From assembly GCA_038087875.1 (NCBI GenBank), contig CM075990.1, positions 8,930,001 through 8,994,000 of the forward strand: a DNA stretch of 64,000 nucleotides, written 5' to 3'. This DNA is from Malacoraja senta. Its lineage: Eukaryota. This document shows, piece by piece, positions 51,490-64,000 of this stretch (position 1 is its first letter; the number at the start of each line of letters is the position of its first letter). Under the pieces are notes generated by a model. The model ran no database searches, had not been told where the DNA came from, and saw only the letters and a list, made by a program, of their open reading frames with translations. A program made the position numbers and the translations under genes.

Positions 51490-51858
51490 TATTGGGTCCA
51501 TTGTTGTTCATTATTCATATTAACAATTTGGATTTGAATGTAGGTGGCAGAGTTAGTAAGTCAGCAGATGCAATAACATTTATGGTATAGTGGACAGTGA
51601 AGTAGGTTATCTAAGATTACAATGGGATCTTGACCAACTGGGCTAATGGGCCGAGATGGAGTTTAATTCAAAGGTGTTACTTTTTGGTAGATCATACTGG
51701 GGCAGTACTTACACGGTAAATTACAGGGCATGAAGGAGATTTGTACAACAGGGAGACCTGGGGTGCAGGTACATCTAATGGGACAAGCTTAGATGGGGCA
51801 TCTAGGTCAAGTTGGCCAGAGGGCCTAATTCTGTGCTGTATTTCTCTATGACTCTAAA
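51490..51858 (+). mobile_element. Degenerate CR1 RT fragment
   Basis: LGPLLFII.IN.LD...VSK.AD; CR1-type tail. Confidence 0.65.
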
Positions 51859-51864
51859 TATATT

Positions 51865-52827
<963 letters not shown>

Positions 52828-52828
52828 G

Positions 52829-52872
<44 letters not shown>

Positions 52873-54795
52873 GTATATATAGTCTAACATAACTTGTTCT
52901 TGTTGATTATATTGTTTACAGTATACTATGTTTACATATTCTGCTGTGCTGCTGCGAGTAAGAATTTCTTTGGTCTATCTGGGACATATGACAATAAAGC
53001 ACTCTTGGCTCTTGACTCTTGACCTCATGTTGAATACAAGTGTAGGAGACAAGTTACTTGGAAGATGTAGTGAATCGTGTGCCTTCAGCCACCCAATTCT
53101 TGAGGCTCAGGATTGGAATCGTGTCAGATTGTTCACATTATCTTCCTTTTAACAAGCTACAATATTGAATAGTAAGTGGATGCCATTTACTAATATTCCA
53201 CATTGTTTTATTACACCGATGGAGAGTGTTCACAAATAACCACCTTAGTAATTACAAAATTAACCTGAGATCAGCACCAATTATTGTTCCCTGGCCAAAA
53301 ATCATTTTGAAGCTCACACAAATCACATAAATGCCAGGAAACAATTATGTCTATGATATTAATCACAATGGGCCAAAATAAGCACCAATTTAAAATTAAA
53401 CCATTTACACATTTCATCTCTGCTCTCTGCCTCTTTCATCAGTTCACCCTGTTCCTCTCTCTCGCACCCTGGGTTATTCATTCTCACCATTTCTATGAAG
53501 TTGGTACCCTCCTGAATTACATCTACATTTGCTGGTAATTTGCTGGACAGATTCTGGAGAAATAGTGCAGCAGGTTTGTCTATCCTTGGACTGCCATTTC
53601 TCCTGTCCAATGCAAACTGACCAAACTCCATCCAGTTAGGACAGTGAACTGAGCAAGTCAACCACTTCTTGACTGGCTCGAAACATGAAGCCAAATGCAA
53701 CCACTTGCCCTGACCCTCTGTTGGTTTTAACAAATACCATCCTTTGCACATTGACCAAGCAACTTATTCACATCAACTTTGTCCACTTTTCTGATTGTTT
53801 TCGAGGTAAGAAAGTACTTGGTTCTTTGATCGTTTCCTGTTAGTTTGTAGGATGACTGAAAGCACATCTAACACTCTAGGGAGCATTCAGCTGACAATCC
53901 ACAAGATCCTTGGATGACGGTATATTCCATGTAACAGCCCATTCTAACTCATTAACTGGTGGTGGAATTTGGGCAACTGCCTCAATGTATATTTGGGGAA
54001 TTTGAAAGAGACTGGTTGAACAGATGCTTCGAATTCCCAGAGAACCATGGCAAGATTAGCATGTCTTTGACTTCGTTCGAAACAATAACAAGATTTTGCA
54101 ACTCACCAACCAGGAGGCAAGTGCCAACGCTGATGATTACCTTGTTGTGTATCTCCGTGCGGAACTGGCATTCCTGTTAGACAGGCACTTCAGATGTGAA
54201 GGTAATTCTCAGACCCCACGGGACTGGAGCAGAGGACAAGCAGCTTGAGTTACATCACATTAGCTGGTAACACAGGAAATGCTGATACCAGTAACGGCAG
54301 ACGGGCCAATCCATCAAAGAACACCTTGCTCAAGCTAGTGCCTGATCCATCAATAACCTCACCACATTATCCATCACAGAAAATTGTGAAAACATCCATT
54401 TTGGTAGCAAAAATGAAAAGGAAGCAAATTATCTAAATGGTGAGGGATTGTGGAGCTCTGAGCTGCAGGGGGATCTGAGTGTCATGCCACATAATTGACA
54501 AAAGGCCAGCATGCAGGTAGAACCAGGAGGATAGCGAAGGGAAAGGATTTTGTTATTTTGCTTGGACAATTGAATAGAAAAGTAAGTTAAAGGTCTTTGG
54601 TTTGATACGTATACTGGGTATACGTATACAGTTCCTTCCACACTGATATCAGACTACTGAACGGGTTAGTGTAGTCATAATCTCCCAACCAACCTTGTAT
54701 TTCTTCTCTGTAGCTGTAATGCTATAATGCCATAACACTACATTCTGTACTCTTGTATTTTTCTCTTTGTAGTACCTGTTGTATTTGTTGTTTAG

Positions 54796-54985
54796 TTCCC
54801 CTCCACCCCCTCCCCACATCCCCCCCCCACCCCCACATCCCCCCACCGACATCCCCCCCAACATCCCCCCCCACACCACCCCCCCCACATCCCCCACATC
54901 CCCCCCCACATCCCCCCCCACATCCCCCCCACATCCCCCCCCACATCCCCCCCTCCCCCCACACCACATCCCCCCCCCCCCACAC
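54796..54985. repeat. C-rich (C5-9 ACAT)n repeat
   Basis: Read directly from the sequence. Confidence 0.9.
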
Positions 54986-54989
54986 CCAC

Positions 54990-55095
54990 GACTCTCAGTG
55001 TGAAGAAAGGTTACGACCCAAAACGTCACCCATTGCTTTTCTCCAGAGATGCTGCCTGACCCGCTATGTTACTCCAGAATATTGTGTCTATCTTC
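54990..55095 (+). mobile_element. Penelope-like pLTR fragment
   Basis: GAAGAAAGGTTACGACCCAAAACGTCACCC...GATGCTGCCTGACCCGCT. Confidence 0.65.
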
Positions 55096-56204
55096 AAGCT
55101 TTAAACAACTGGGTGACATTAATGGATTTGAGAGATGGAAGGTGCAACCTCAACCAGAACAGGCTTGTCTGAGATCTAGAGGCTCATTAGGAAGAGATGT
55201 GTGATGCATTTTGAACAGGCATTGTGGGCCAAAGGGCCTGTTCCTGTTCGACTGTAGGAGTCTTTGGCGTGCAATGGAAGGAGACACAGCAAATAATTGT
55301 ATTGTGGTTTACAGAGCCGACTCTGAGCAGCAGTCTCAGCACACAGTGGATCAATGCAATACTAAGCTAGTAAGTCAAGACCTGGGCAGCAGACAGCTGC
55401 CCGCAGGTCTGAAATGGCGGCAGATTGTCAAGCACCCTTTGTATTTATTGACCGTCCCCAATAACAGCATTAGGAGCGTTAGAGAGCCAACAATTAAATG
55501 CTTTTCAAGGGTTTTCCTGAAAATTAGTCATTCAACCCAAAACATTTTAAGTGAAAGGCAATAATTCACATAACCCAGGTCACGTCCAGATTCAGCAGCA
55601 ATGGAGAATCTGTTATCCAGTTCCGCTATTTGTTAACATTTAAAAGCAATCAGTGAAATGGAGTGAGTGCACTCTCGACATGAGTGTGCAATTAAAATGC
55701 CAGATGTTTCAAAACATTGCATTGTATTCAGATAAACTGATGTACACAAGACCTCCCTTCACAACAAATATTATCGTAGATAGCAATTTATCATCGTTCC
55801 TTTAGTTTCACATGGCCCAGCATTTTTTCAAGAAAGACATCTTTTAAGGCCTTCTTTTTCTTGAAGCATAAATCTAATGTTTACATCTCAGTCTGTAAAC
55901 AAGACTTCTTTTAACGAGAAGTTTTATCATAGATAGAAGTTTATTATTGGTCCTTCAATTTCATAAGATCCAGCATTTTTTTCAAGTAAAGCATCTTTTA
56001 GGGGCTTCTTTTTCTTGAAGTATAAATCTAATGTTTACATCTGGGTCTCCAGATGTAGCTCCCATGCCTAGTTCTCCCAGCGCTATCAGGATCCAACAGT
56101 CAGAAACTCTGTTGAGGGAAACTGACGTTGCAGTTTAGATCTGATAACTGGTAGGGTTCTAAGCTCTGGAATTCATTCCCAATGCTTCCCCGTTTTCCTT
56201 TGGG

Positions 56205-56385
56205 CAGCAAGTTGCACAGCTAAGTGGAGCTAGTGCCAAAGACCTTCGCAGTGCCAAAGACCTAGGTTCAATCCAAATCTTGTCCTGGGATTTGCATGTT
56301 CTTCCAGTGACCACATGGACTTTCACCAAAGGCTCATCCCAAAGACTGCGGATTGGTAGCTAAACTGGCCACTATAAATTGCTCT
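56205..56385 (+). mobile_element. Degenerate SINE
   Basis: GGTTCAATCC and TTTGCATGTTCT..GTGACC remnants. Confidence 0.5.
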
Positions 56386-56571
56386 TATGTAATAACAAGG
56401 AACTGCAGGTGCTGGTTTATACCAAAGATCGACACAAAATGCTGGAGTAACTAGCAGGTCACGTGGCAACCCTGGAGAAAATATGGATGTGATCTAAACT
56501 TGCTCCATTAGTTTCTCTTCACATAGTTTCCCTCTGATGTATTCTCATACCACAAGGAGAACAAGGCAAAG

Positions 56572-57325
56572 TTCATAAGAATTAGGCCATACGGCCCATC
56601 AAATCTACTTTGCCATTCAATCATGGCTGATTTATCTCTCCCTCCTAACCGCATTCTCCTGCCTTCTCCCCATAATCACTGACACCCGTAAGGGGCTGTC
56701 CCACTGCGGCGACCTAATTGGCGAGTTTAGAAGAGTTTGCTCTCAACTCATACTCGCAGCATGGTCGACACGAGGTCCTAGGAAGTCTTTGTAACTCTCC
56801 TTCATGCTCGAGAGTAGTTCCCACGCACTCGAGGCCTCAGCTAGGTCGCGGCGTATTTTTCAACATGCTGAAAAATGCCCGCTTGTAAAAAAAGGTCGCC
56901 ATGGAAAAAAATCGAAAGGTCGGCATGTTATTCGTAGGTAATCGAGGGTAGTTGAAGGTAGTCGAAGGTAGTCGTAGATAGTCTTCAACATAGTCGACGG
57001 GAGGTCGAAGGAGATCGAAGGAGATCGAAGGAGATCGAAGGAGATCGTCTTCGCTCTCCACTATTCGGTGTCCAATTTTCCCGAAGCTAGTCGAAGCTAG
57101 TCTTCAACATAGTCGAAGGAGGTCGAAGGAGGCCTTCTACATAGTTGAAGGAGGTCTTCAACATGACCCTTTTTCAAACTCTCCTAAACTCGCCAATTAG
57201 GCCGGCGCAGTGGGACAGCCCGTGACCTAATCATGAATCTATCTCTGCCTTAAAAATATCCACTGACCTGGCCTCCACAGTACTCTGGCAACAAATTCCA
57301 CAGATTCACCGCCCTCTGACTAAAC
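56572..57325 (-). mobile_element. CR1 3' fragment split by a MITE
   Basis: Matches 10545-10770 on both sides of the MITE. Confidence 0.7.
56692..57222. mobile_element. MITE (Harbinger-like) with internal GTCGAAG/GATCGAAGGA repeats, nested in a CR1 3' end
   Basis: TIRs of about 50 bp GGGGCTGTCCCACTGCG..CCTAATTGGCGAGTTTAG / CTAAACTCGCCAATTAGG..CGCAGTGGGACAGCCC; splits the CR1 sequence CCCGTA|CTAATC. Confidence 0.78.
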
Positions 57326-57981
57326 ACTCTGGTGTTGGACAGAGACTGAGATGTAAACATTAGATTTATACTTCAAGAGAAAGAAGGTCCTACTTTACTT
57401 TTGTAAATGTTATTGTCAATAGAGTTTGTTGGTTTGAGGAGTGACAGAGATTGTTGCTTCCAAGCGGAATAGTAAGATTAAACAAGAACTTATCAGTTTG
57501 AAGTTTGATCTTTATTTTATGAGGAGTTACGTTGGTGATTACGTGAAGGAGACCTGTCAGGGCGCATGCACGTCAATCTTCAAAGCAGCGGTATGAAATC
57601 ACAGATAACACAATATTTGAAATAACATAATAAGATGAGCAACATGAGAACTACCATATGACCTTTTTATGAGAGAGGGTTGGGCGTGGCGGGCACCAAC
57701 CTAACTCCTCATAAAATAAAGATCAAACTTCAAACTGGTAAGTTCTCGTTTAATCTTACTATTTTATTTCGGAGTCACGTGAGTGACTACGTGAAGAGTT
57801 CAAAGCTCTGTGATTTTATGCCGCAGATCCCAATCCCGGCTTCTCACTGCATTGATTGACTTCGGATGAGAAACAATCAATAATGCGTTAAACATGAAAT
57901 TTGAATATCATGCAGTAACAATTGATTTGAATAATCAAAACAAACAGTAATCCCTCTATCCCAGGGGAAACTAAACAGGAC

Positions 57982-58948
57982 TTAATACTGAATTTGCAAA
58001 CAGCCTCTCCCCGATCGGCAATCGGCCGATGGTAAAAAAATATATAAAAACAATTCATTTGACCACCCGGCCCCTGTAAGAATATGGCCGATGGGAACAT
58101 CCATCGCCCTAGGCGACGACGTTGCTGCTGCACTAGTGGAAAAGGATATATACACTTCAGTGTTAATACCTGCCTGAATCAACATTTGCTTTAAACCACC
58201 TTGAGATAGTCTGCACTGACACTCTCCTGTGTGGCTTCATGTAACTGATAAACAATGCTGTTTCCACATTTCTAAAGGTCCTTGTAGCTTCAATATAATG
58301 AAAATAAATGTGCCATTACACATAAACATGGATCAGTAGGATATGCTGAAACACAATTTTAACAAATCTGTGACACCTGGCCTGCTCTGTTTGAGCAGGA
58401 CGCAAATATATAACATAACATTCTCTTCAGCAACTTCCATCCTGTCTAGCAGAAGCTTTTGCAAAAATCTGTACTCGCTATGCTGAACCAATGCCATGAA
58501 CATAACCACTTTCATGACTAGTTTGGCAAATTCAGAGACGTGACAGGAACCTACTGTCGAAGCATCTTGAGGACCACACTTACATCCCAGATCGCCATAT
58601 ACCTGGGTTTAGGTTTAGAGTTGAAATTCCTTTCATCAATCCAGCTATGATATGATGAAACCCAATAGGATCTTTCCTGACCCCATCAAAACCATACGAG
58701 GACAAAGCACTTAAAGCTGTATTAATGGTGCTATAACTGAGCCTCTCATCATCGTAGAGTGTCAACAGGAACTCTAAAATATCCACAATACCTGCAGTAC
58801 TATAGTCAATATTATTTTGTACACAATATTGCTCGCATTTTTTTACATCAGTAATATACCCCTTTTGAGTACTCTTTCTCCAGGCTAAAGTGAGCATGTC
58901 CACCGTTCGCCCAGACAGTCCTTGCCCCAGGTATGGCCTTCTTAAAAC
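57982..58948 (-). pseudogene. DIRS C tyrosine recombinase remnants
   Basis: ORF fragments 58580-58903, 58333-58515 and 57982-58185 are homologous to the A/B YR. Confidence 0.8.
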
Positions 58949-60590
58949 CTGAAAATTAACAAGTCAATACGATCACATAACGGATGCTTTCCTGTGTTAG
59001 CGGATGCTCCAGTAAATTCCTATGCTTGGGAACCACCAAAAAGAGGTTGCATCCCTAACTGTAACATCAAAGGGAACCATGCTTGATTCGGCCAATTAGG
59101 TATTACAAGCACCCCCAAAGCGGCATCCTGCTTGATTTCTTGCAGACTCCGACCTATTAGGCAAAATGGTAGGAAAATATATAAAACATACCACCCCAAT
59201 GTAACGACAAAGTATCAATTGCAACTGCCCCCTGGTCTGGTTCCCATGAAACCTATTTAGGCTGCTGATGGTTGAACCTTGATGCAAAACAAATCGATAT
59301 CTGGCATTCATATATAAGTACTATATTATTGAACACCTCCTGGTTCAACATCCAATCTGTGTTGTCATGGAACTTTCGTGACTTGGCGTCTGCTACTATG
59401 TAGAATCTACCTGGTAGATAAATAGCTGAAATATCTTTTTCAATGCGCCAGGCCCAAATTTGATTAGCCAATCTGTCACAAGATACCGACTTGATTCCAC
59501 CGATGTGATTAATATATATGCCACTTGTGTAGTATTGTCAATCTGAAACTGAACATGCAGATTACATTTGTTAGAGCAATAAGCCTCTTAATAGTTAATT
59601 GCCCATGTCTGCAGAAGCGATGCCTCTTGCTCAGTCCATCTGCCTCCACAGCTGAAACTCGTATCCGTGACACCCCACCCGAGTGCACTGACATTCATCT
59701 ACAAAATCATGGAAGGCTCGTCAAGCATTACCTTGCTATAACTCCTGGACACATGGTGAATCCACCATTGCAAATCAGAAATAACCTTTACTGATAACTG
59801 CATAGGTCTATTATAATGACCCGAATGTATCCTTAATGCCTCCATTAGCTTGATACAGCTGTCAATTAGCTCTACCCTTTTCCCCTGGGCAGTCACTTAA
59901 TTGAATCAATTGTGACCCAAATAGTCAGGTGTTAATTTGGATTTCTCTGGATGAATAATGCCCAATCTTTGAAAATTGAATTTAACAACTACCACCGGTT
60001 ACTTCAGCTGTTCTCTTGGATACCCCTGTAATCAAGATATCATCGAGATAAGCCATGAGCACCTGACCCTGGCCTCTCAGCACGCCTATTATAGGTTTTA
60101 ACAATTTTGTTGCCATAGTTGATCCATCCAGGTGAATTTCAAATATCCTTATCCTGCAAATAAACAGACATTGAATAATGCGCATCTTTAAGCTCTATAG
60201 TCGCCATATAGCATCCTCTTGACCCAGTTGCTTGGCAGTGACAATTCCATCTTACAATGTCCATCCTTTTTTGGCCTGGGAAAATATTAGACACAAATTG
60301 ATGGGGTTGGTGAACCAACTTTACAATTACACCTTTATCACATAAGCTTCCAAGCGCAGTCTAAACATCCATCTGTTCTGTTAATGAAAACTGAATAGTT
60401 CTCCCAGGAACATGCTGAATGTGCAAATCACAATTTGGATTGAAATCCATTCGAAACTTTTGAATAACACTCTGTATAAACAGGGCTGAGGTAATTTGCT
60501 TCCATTCATCCCAGAACAGATGTAATGTACCCCAGATTTAAGTTGTGTCACATTTGATATGTGCACCTGAGAACCAGGCCCACCTACCTC
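58943..60590 (-). pseudogene. DIRS C pol remnants
   Basis: EVGG start, YLDD, ISDLQWW, SRKFHDNTDWMLN and FASRFN fragments in shifting frames. Confidence 0.8.
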
Positions 60591-60684
60591 CTTGGTACCT
60601 GGTGGATGGCGTTGTCCCCGGCTCCTGGCGGGAAAGCCGATGTTTGACCATGTTCCCGCTGCAGAATGCACCTGCGCATCTGCA

Positions 60685-61953
60685 TTATCGGACGACTTGT
60701 TCCTGGTCCAGCCTCGTTTGTAGGGGTACTTTCTTTATTGGAAACTTGCCGACTGCCGGTGGCTTGATCAAGCCCACCGTCTTTGCCTCGTCATCTATGT
60801 CCTTGACACTCTTGGTGAGGTCCTCTCTGAAGAGTAGGTTGGCCAGCTGTATGTTGCTGGGCTGTAAAAATACTGCAATCTTGGAATTAATGGTGGGCCG
60901 AATGGCACTTTCCCTGAGACAATTTATCTCAAAATGGGCGCTACAAAGCAACCCTAGTACCTCTTGCTGCGTCTCCGACATATGCCCTCCATCCACCGTT
61001 CTCGCGAACGCCATGATTCCTGAGCCAAGTAATTTCAGGATTCTCTGCAGCTTCATCTCCTGGGCACTGCAGGCCCACGCCCATCGGGCTCCATATCACC
61101 CGGTTCACTGCAGGCACCTTCAGCAACTCGCAGTTACCCCGGTCTCCTGTTTCTTGGTGATTCCAGACTCTGACTGGACAGCGAATCGTACTGCCAAAGA
61201 TGGGAACTCTGACAACGGCCATCTTCGCTTTCCCAGTGGCACTCCATACTCTGACGGGACAGCGAATCGTGCTGCCAGAGATGGACCTCTGACAACGGCC
61301 GTCTTCGCTAGTCAACGAAGTCTCCGTCAGAGTCGGGTCAGAACTGAGCTGACCCTCTGCAAGCGCCTTTTCAATGAGGGTGCTATCCAGCAGCCTCTAT
61401 ATCGTGAAGGCCAGCTCTTCTACCAGTGGCACTCCATACTCTGACAGGACAGCGAATCGTGCTGCCAGGGAATGGACCTCTGACAACAGCCGTTCTACGC
61501 TAGTTCCAAGTCTCCGTCAGAGTTGGGATCAGAACTTAGCTAACCCTCTGCACTCACCTCATGCATGAGGGTGCTTTAAGCAGCCCTCTACCAGGTGCTG
61601 CCAGCACGGCCTTTCTGCAGCCTACCGCCCACACGACTCCTCCCCCCGGAGTATGCGTTTCTGGAGCAACCTCTGTATGAGGTGCACCATTTGGGAGAAC
61701 CGTTTTAAAAACGTCTCCAGCCCCGTACAGGCTCGTTGTGGCCCGACTTAGTTGAGTCCGAGGGCCTCCCAGACTTCCCCGTGCCTTACGCCCGACTGGC
61801 GTTGGCTTTGGTGCTTTTTAGCACTCAGTCTGAAGTCGCCCCGCTCCCGGTCGGCGACTGTGCAGGGGTACAAGGCAGCCGCTCACAGACCGCATTCCCG
61901 CGGCTCTCCTATGCTTTACCTGCGGCTGCCCTCCCCCTGCTCGTCTTCATCAT
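60685..61953 (-). pseudogene. DIRS C gag remnants with an internal tandem repeat
   Basis: KLQRILKLL, EINCLR, KDIDDEAK and NCELLKVPAVN match A/B gag. Confidence 0.7.
61164..61600. repeat. Compound tandem repeat (81-bp and 190-bp periods) inside DIRS C gag
   Basis: ACTCTGAC..GACAGCGAATCGT.CTGCCA recurs at 61167, 61248 and 61438. Confidence 0.85.
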
Positions 61954-63217
61954 GGTGCTGCCTGTAACAAAAAACACAGAGCACGGCACCACAGCAAAGG
62001 AACTTTTCACTCCAGCTAAGTTTCCCACTTAGCTGGAGCTTTAAAACTACTTTAAAAGTACTTTAAAAGTACTTACCACAGGAGGAGCTCTGTCCTCCCA
62101 CTGGTCCGTGCGCCAATGCGTCAGACGTAATGACGCGCATGTGCCCTGACAGGTCTTCTTCACGTAGTCACTCACGTGACTCCGAAGTAAAATAAACATT
62201 GACCATCGCTGACTCAAGTTCAGTGAATTTCCATTAGTCCCTGGTACACTTCACATCCCATAGCACCCAACAACTAATACCGGCTGCCTTATCATCTTCT
62301 GTTCGAGAATTTAAAAAAACACAAATTTAGTCAGCTCCTGATTTTAAATTATTTAGTTCCTTTCTGACTATAAATAACTATGGCAGCATGATCACTGAAA
62401 TTTAAAGCCCAATATTACTAACATTCATCTTATTAAGGCAGTTAATTAAACTGCTAAAAGCAAATAATGCTGATATTTCTCAATAACTGGCACCTAATGA
62501 GAGAGAAACAGTTCATGTTTTTTGGGAAAGAAAGACTCCCTTTCGAGGAAAGATTCAGCAAAATGGTCCAAACCATTTTGAAAAATGTGTTTAGAAAAAT
62601 ATGAGGTGATTTCACTGGGTGGGTTTATGCAGAAAGATATTGTCTTCCTAGCCTGGTCTAGAATTATATTCTTAAATTAAAAAGATGGATTCTTAGGATT
62701 AAGGTGAGGAGGCATTTCTTCTGTCAAAAGTTATGACTCTTTGGAAATCTCTCCAGGTGGAGCCGTGGTCAGCATCTTCATGGGTCAGATTGCTGAACAA
62801 AATGGACTCATGGCTTGTAGGCACTGGGCAGTAAAATCAAATTGAAGCAAAGGCAACTTTATTAGTCAGGTAACTAAACATGGTCAAAGAGTATTGATAG
62901 TACAAAGGAAAAGTAAAGAGGCAGAAAGATTTAAGGAAATTTGAAGCTAATGGCAGATTTGCCAATGGTGGATGATTAAGTTCAGGGATAAACAAGAGGC
63001 CAGAGAGATAAAGGTGCAGACATCTTGAAGGGCTCTTGGAGAGATGACAGAGATAGAGAGATATTGTCCCAAGACAGTGCACATCCATAGGCTATTGACT
63101 GACAAATTGATCAGGATCATGTCTGGCTAAGTTTCAATTATTTCTGAGCCACAATAATGGAAAATAATTTAAAATTCTTAACTGGTACGATTTACAGCTC
63201 AAATCAGTTCCTTCTCA

Positions 63218-63310
63218 GATAGACTCAAAATGCTGGAGTAACTCAGCGGGACAGGCAGCATCTCTGGAGAGAAGGAATGGGTGACGTTTCGGGTCGAGAC
63301 CCTTCTTCTA
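63218..63310 (-). mobile_element. Penelope-like pLTR fragment
   Basis: Near-consensus pLTR. Confidence 0.7.
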
Positions 63311-64000
63311 CCTTACATTTTACATTTCACTTTTACATTTTGTGTCTACCTTAAACAGTGTTTACTGTAGCCTTATAATGGCCTTGATTTGATTCATGCT
63401 ATTTTGTCTTTGTACGTTAATATTTTTTTCCTGCCAGTTCAGAGACTCATCTTGATAAAAAGGCTATTCGGATCATCATGTATCTGCTCTTTGACCTACC
63501 CAATTGTTTCCTTTCAATGTTTTATTGCTCACAGCACTAGAAGAATTACATATTTATGCATTTAGCCGATTTTCTCGTTGCAGGTTACAGTTCAATCTGC
63601 TTCCACTGCCCTTTGAGATCAGATTGTAATAACATCTGATGATTATTTTGCTACTTAATTAGAGAGTCCATCATTCACTTGGCAGAGAGAGTCTTAGGGA
63701 GTTGATAAGGAAGCCTGAGTTCCAACTTTCGATTGTGTCCGCAAAGTGCAAGTTTGGCCGTCAAGTAGGAGCTGTACTGTGCTCAGCCGCGACAGTCCCC
63801 ATAGACGACCAATGTATCTTCTTCACCCATCCAGTGAAGAGCCATTTCCCTGGGGTACCAGGAGAAGCCTGGGGCTCCACACATCTGTCCCCAAGTTCAA
63901 ACTCCGGAGAAACGGAGAAGACAAATCACAAACAAAATAAACCGTCAAAACTGCATTGAAAGCAGGAACTCATTGAGAGAGATTCAGACAGACACAGTCA

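Larger units (their letters stand above)
57468..62193 (-). mobile_element. DIRS1-like retrotransposon, copy C (divergent subfamily, decayed)
   Basis: Same terminal motifs, ICR about 57694-57797, AAT at both ends. Fragmented RT (MAYLDDIL), RNase H (YLPG..VADAKSRKF), YR (LSYSTINT, KQSRPG, AGWS) and gag (NC.LL.VPAVN, EINCLR). Confidence 0.92.

Noticed and set aside
54649..55172. Gly- and Pro-rich ORFs
   Set aside because: Translations of the C-rich simple repeat.
56930..57165. CRISPR-like or satellite array of GTCGAAG repeats
   Set aside because: No unique spacers and no cas genes; internal to a MITE.
60545..61444. 299-aa plus-strand ORF
   Set aside because: Antisense to DIRS C gag and its tandem repeat, with no recognisable domain and no counterpart in A or B.

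Overview
Repeat-dominated, non-bacterial window, most likely intronic or intergenic DNA of a cartilaginous fish (skate/ray-like). That placement is inferred from HE1-type tRNA-derived SINEs with (TAAAC)n tails paired with CR1/HER1-type LINE ends. No host protein-coding gene is confidently recognisable. Main content: three end-to-end DIRS1-like tyrosine-recombinase retrotransposons (33705-38592 +, 39884-45687 -, 57468-62193 -), each with ITR/ICR termini and ATT at both junctions; a full-length Passport-like Tc1 transposon (47118-48732); a young 5'-truncated CR1 LINE; Rex1/Babar fragments; Penelope-like fragments carrying minimal hammerhead motifs; Harbinger-like MITEs; about 15 SINEs; microsatellites. 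The most interesting signal is a candidate DIRS expression programme. Copies A and B have a U-UUU-UUA -1 slippery site at the gag/pol overlap. All three copies have a phase-matched splice donor/acceptor pair that would remove nearly all of RT-RNaseH-MTase as an intron and put the recombinase in frame, plus a 5'-UTR intron. Also notable are an L1 insertion with a 241-bp flanking duplication and a cloverleaf-like tandem repeat inside one gag. All family names come from motif recognition by eye, not database searches, and boundaries of small fragments are approximate.
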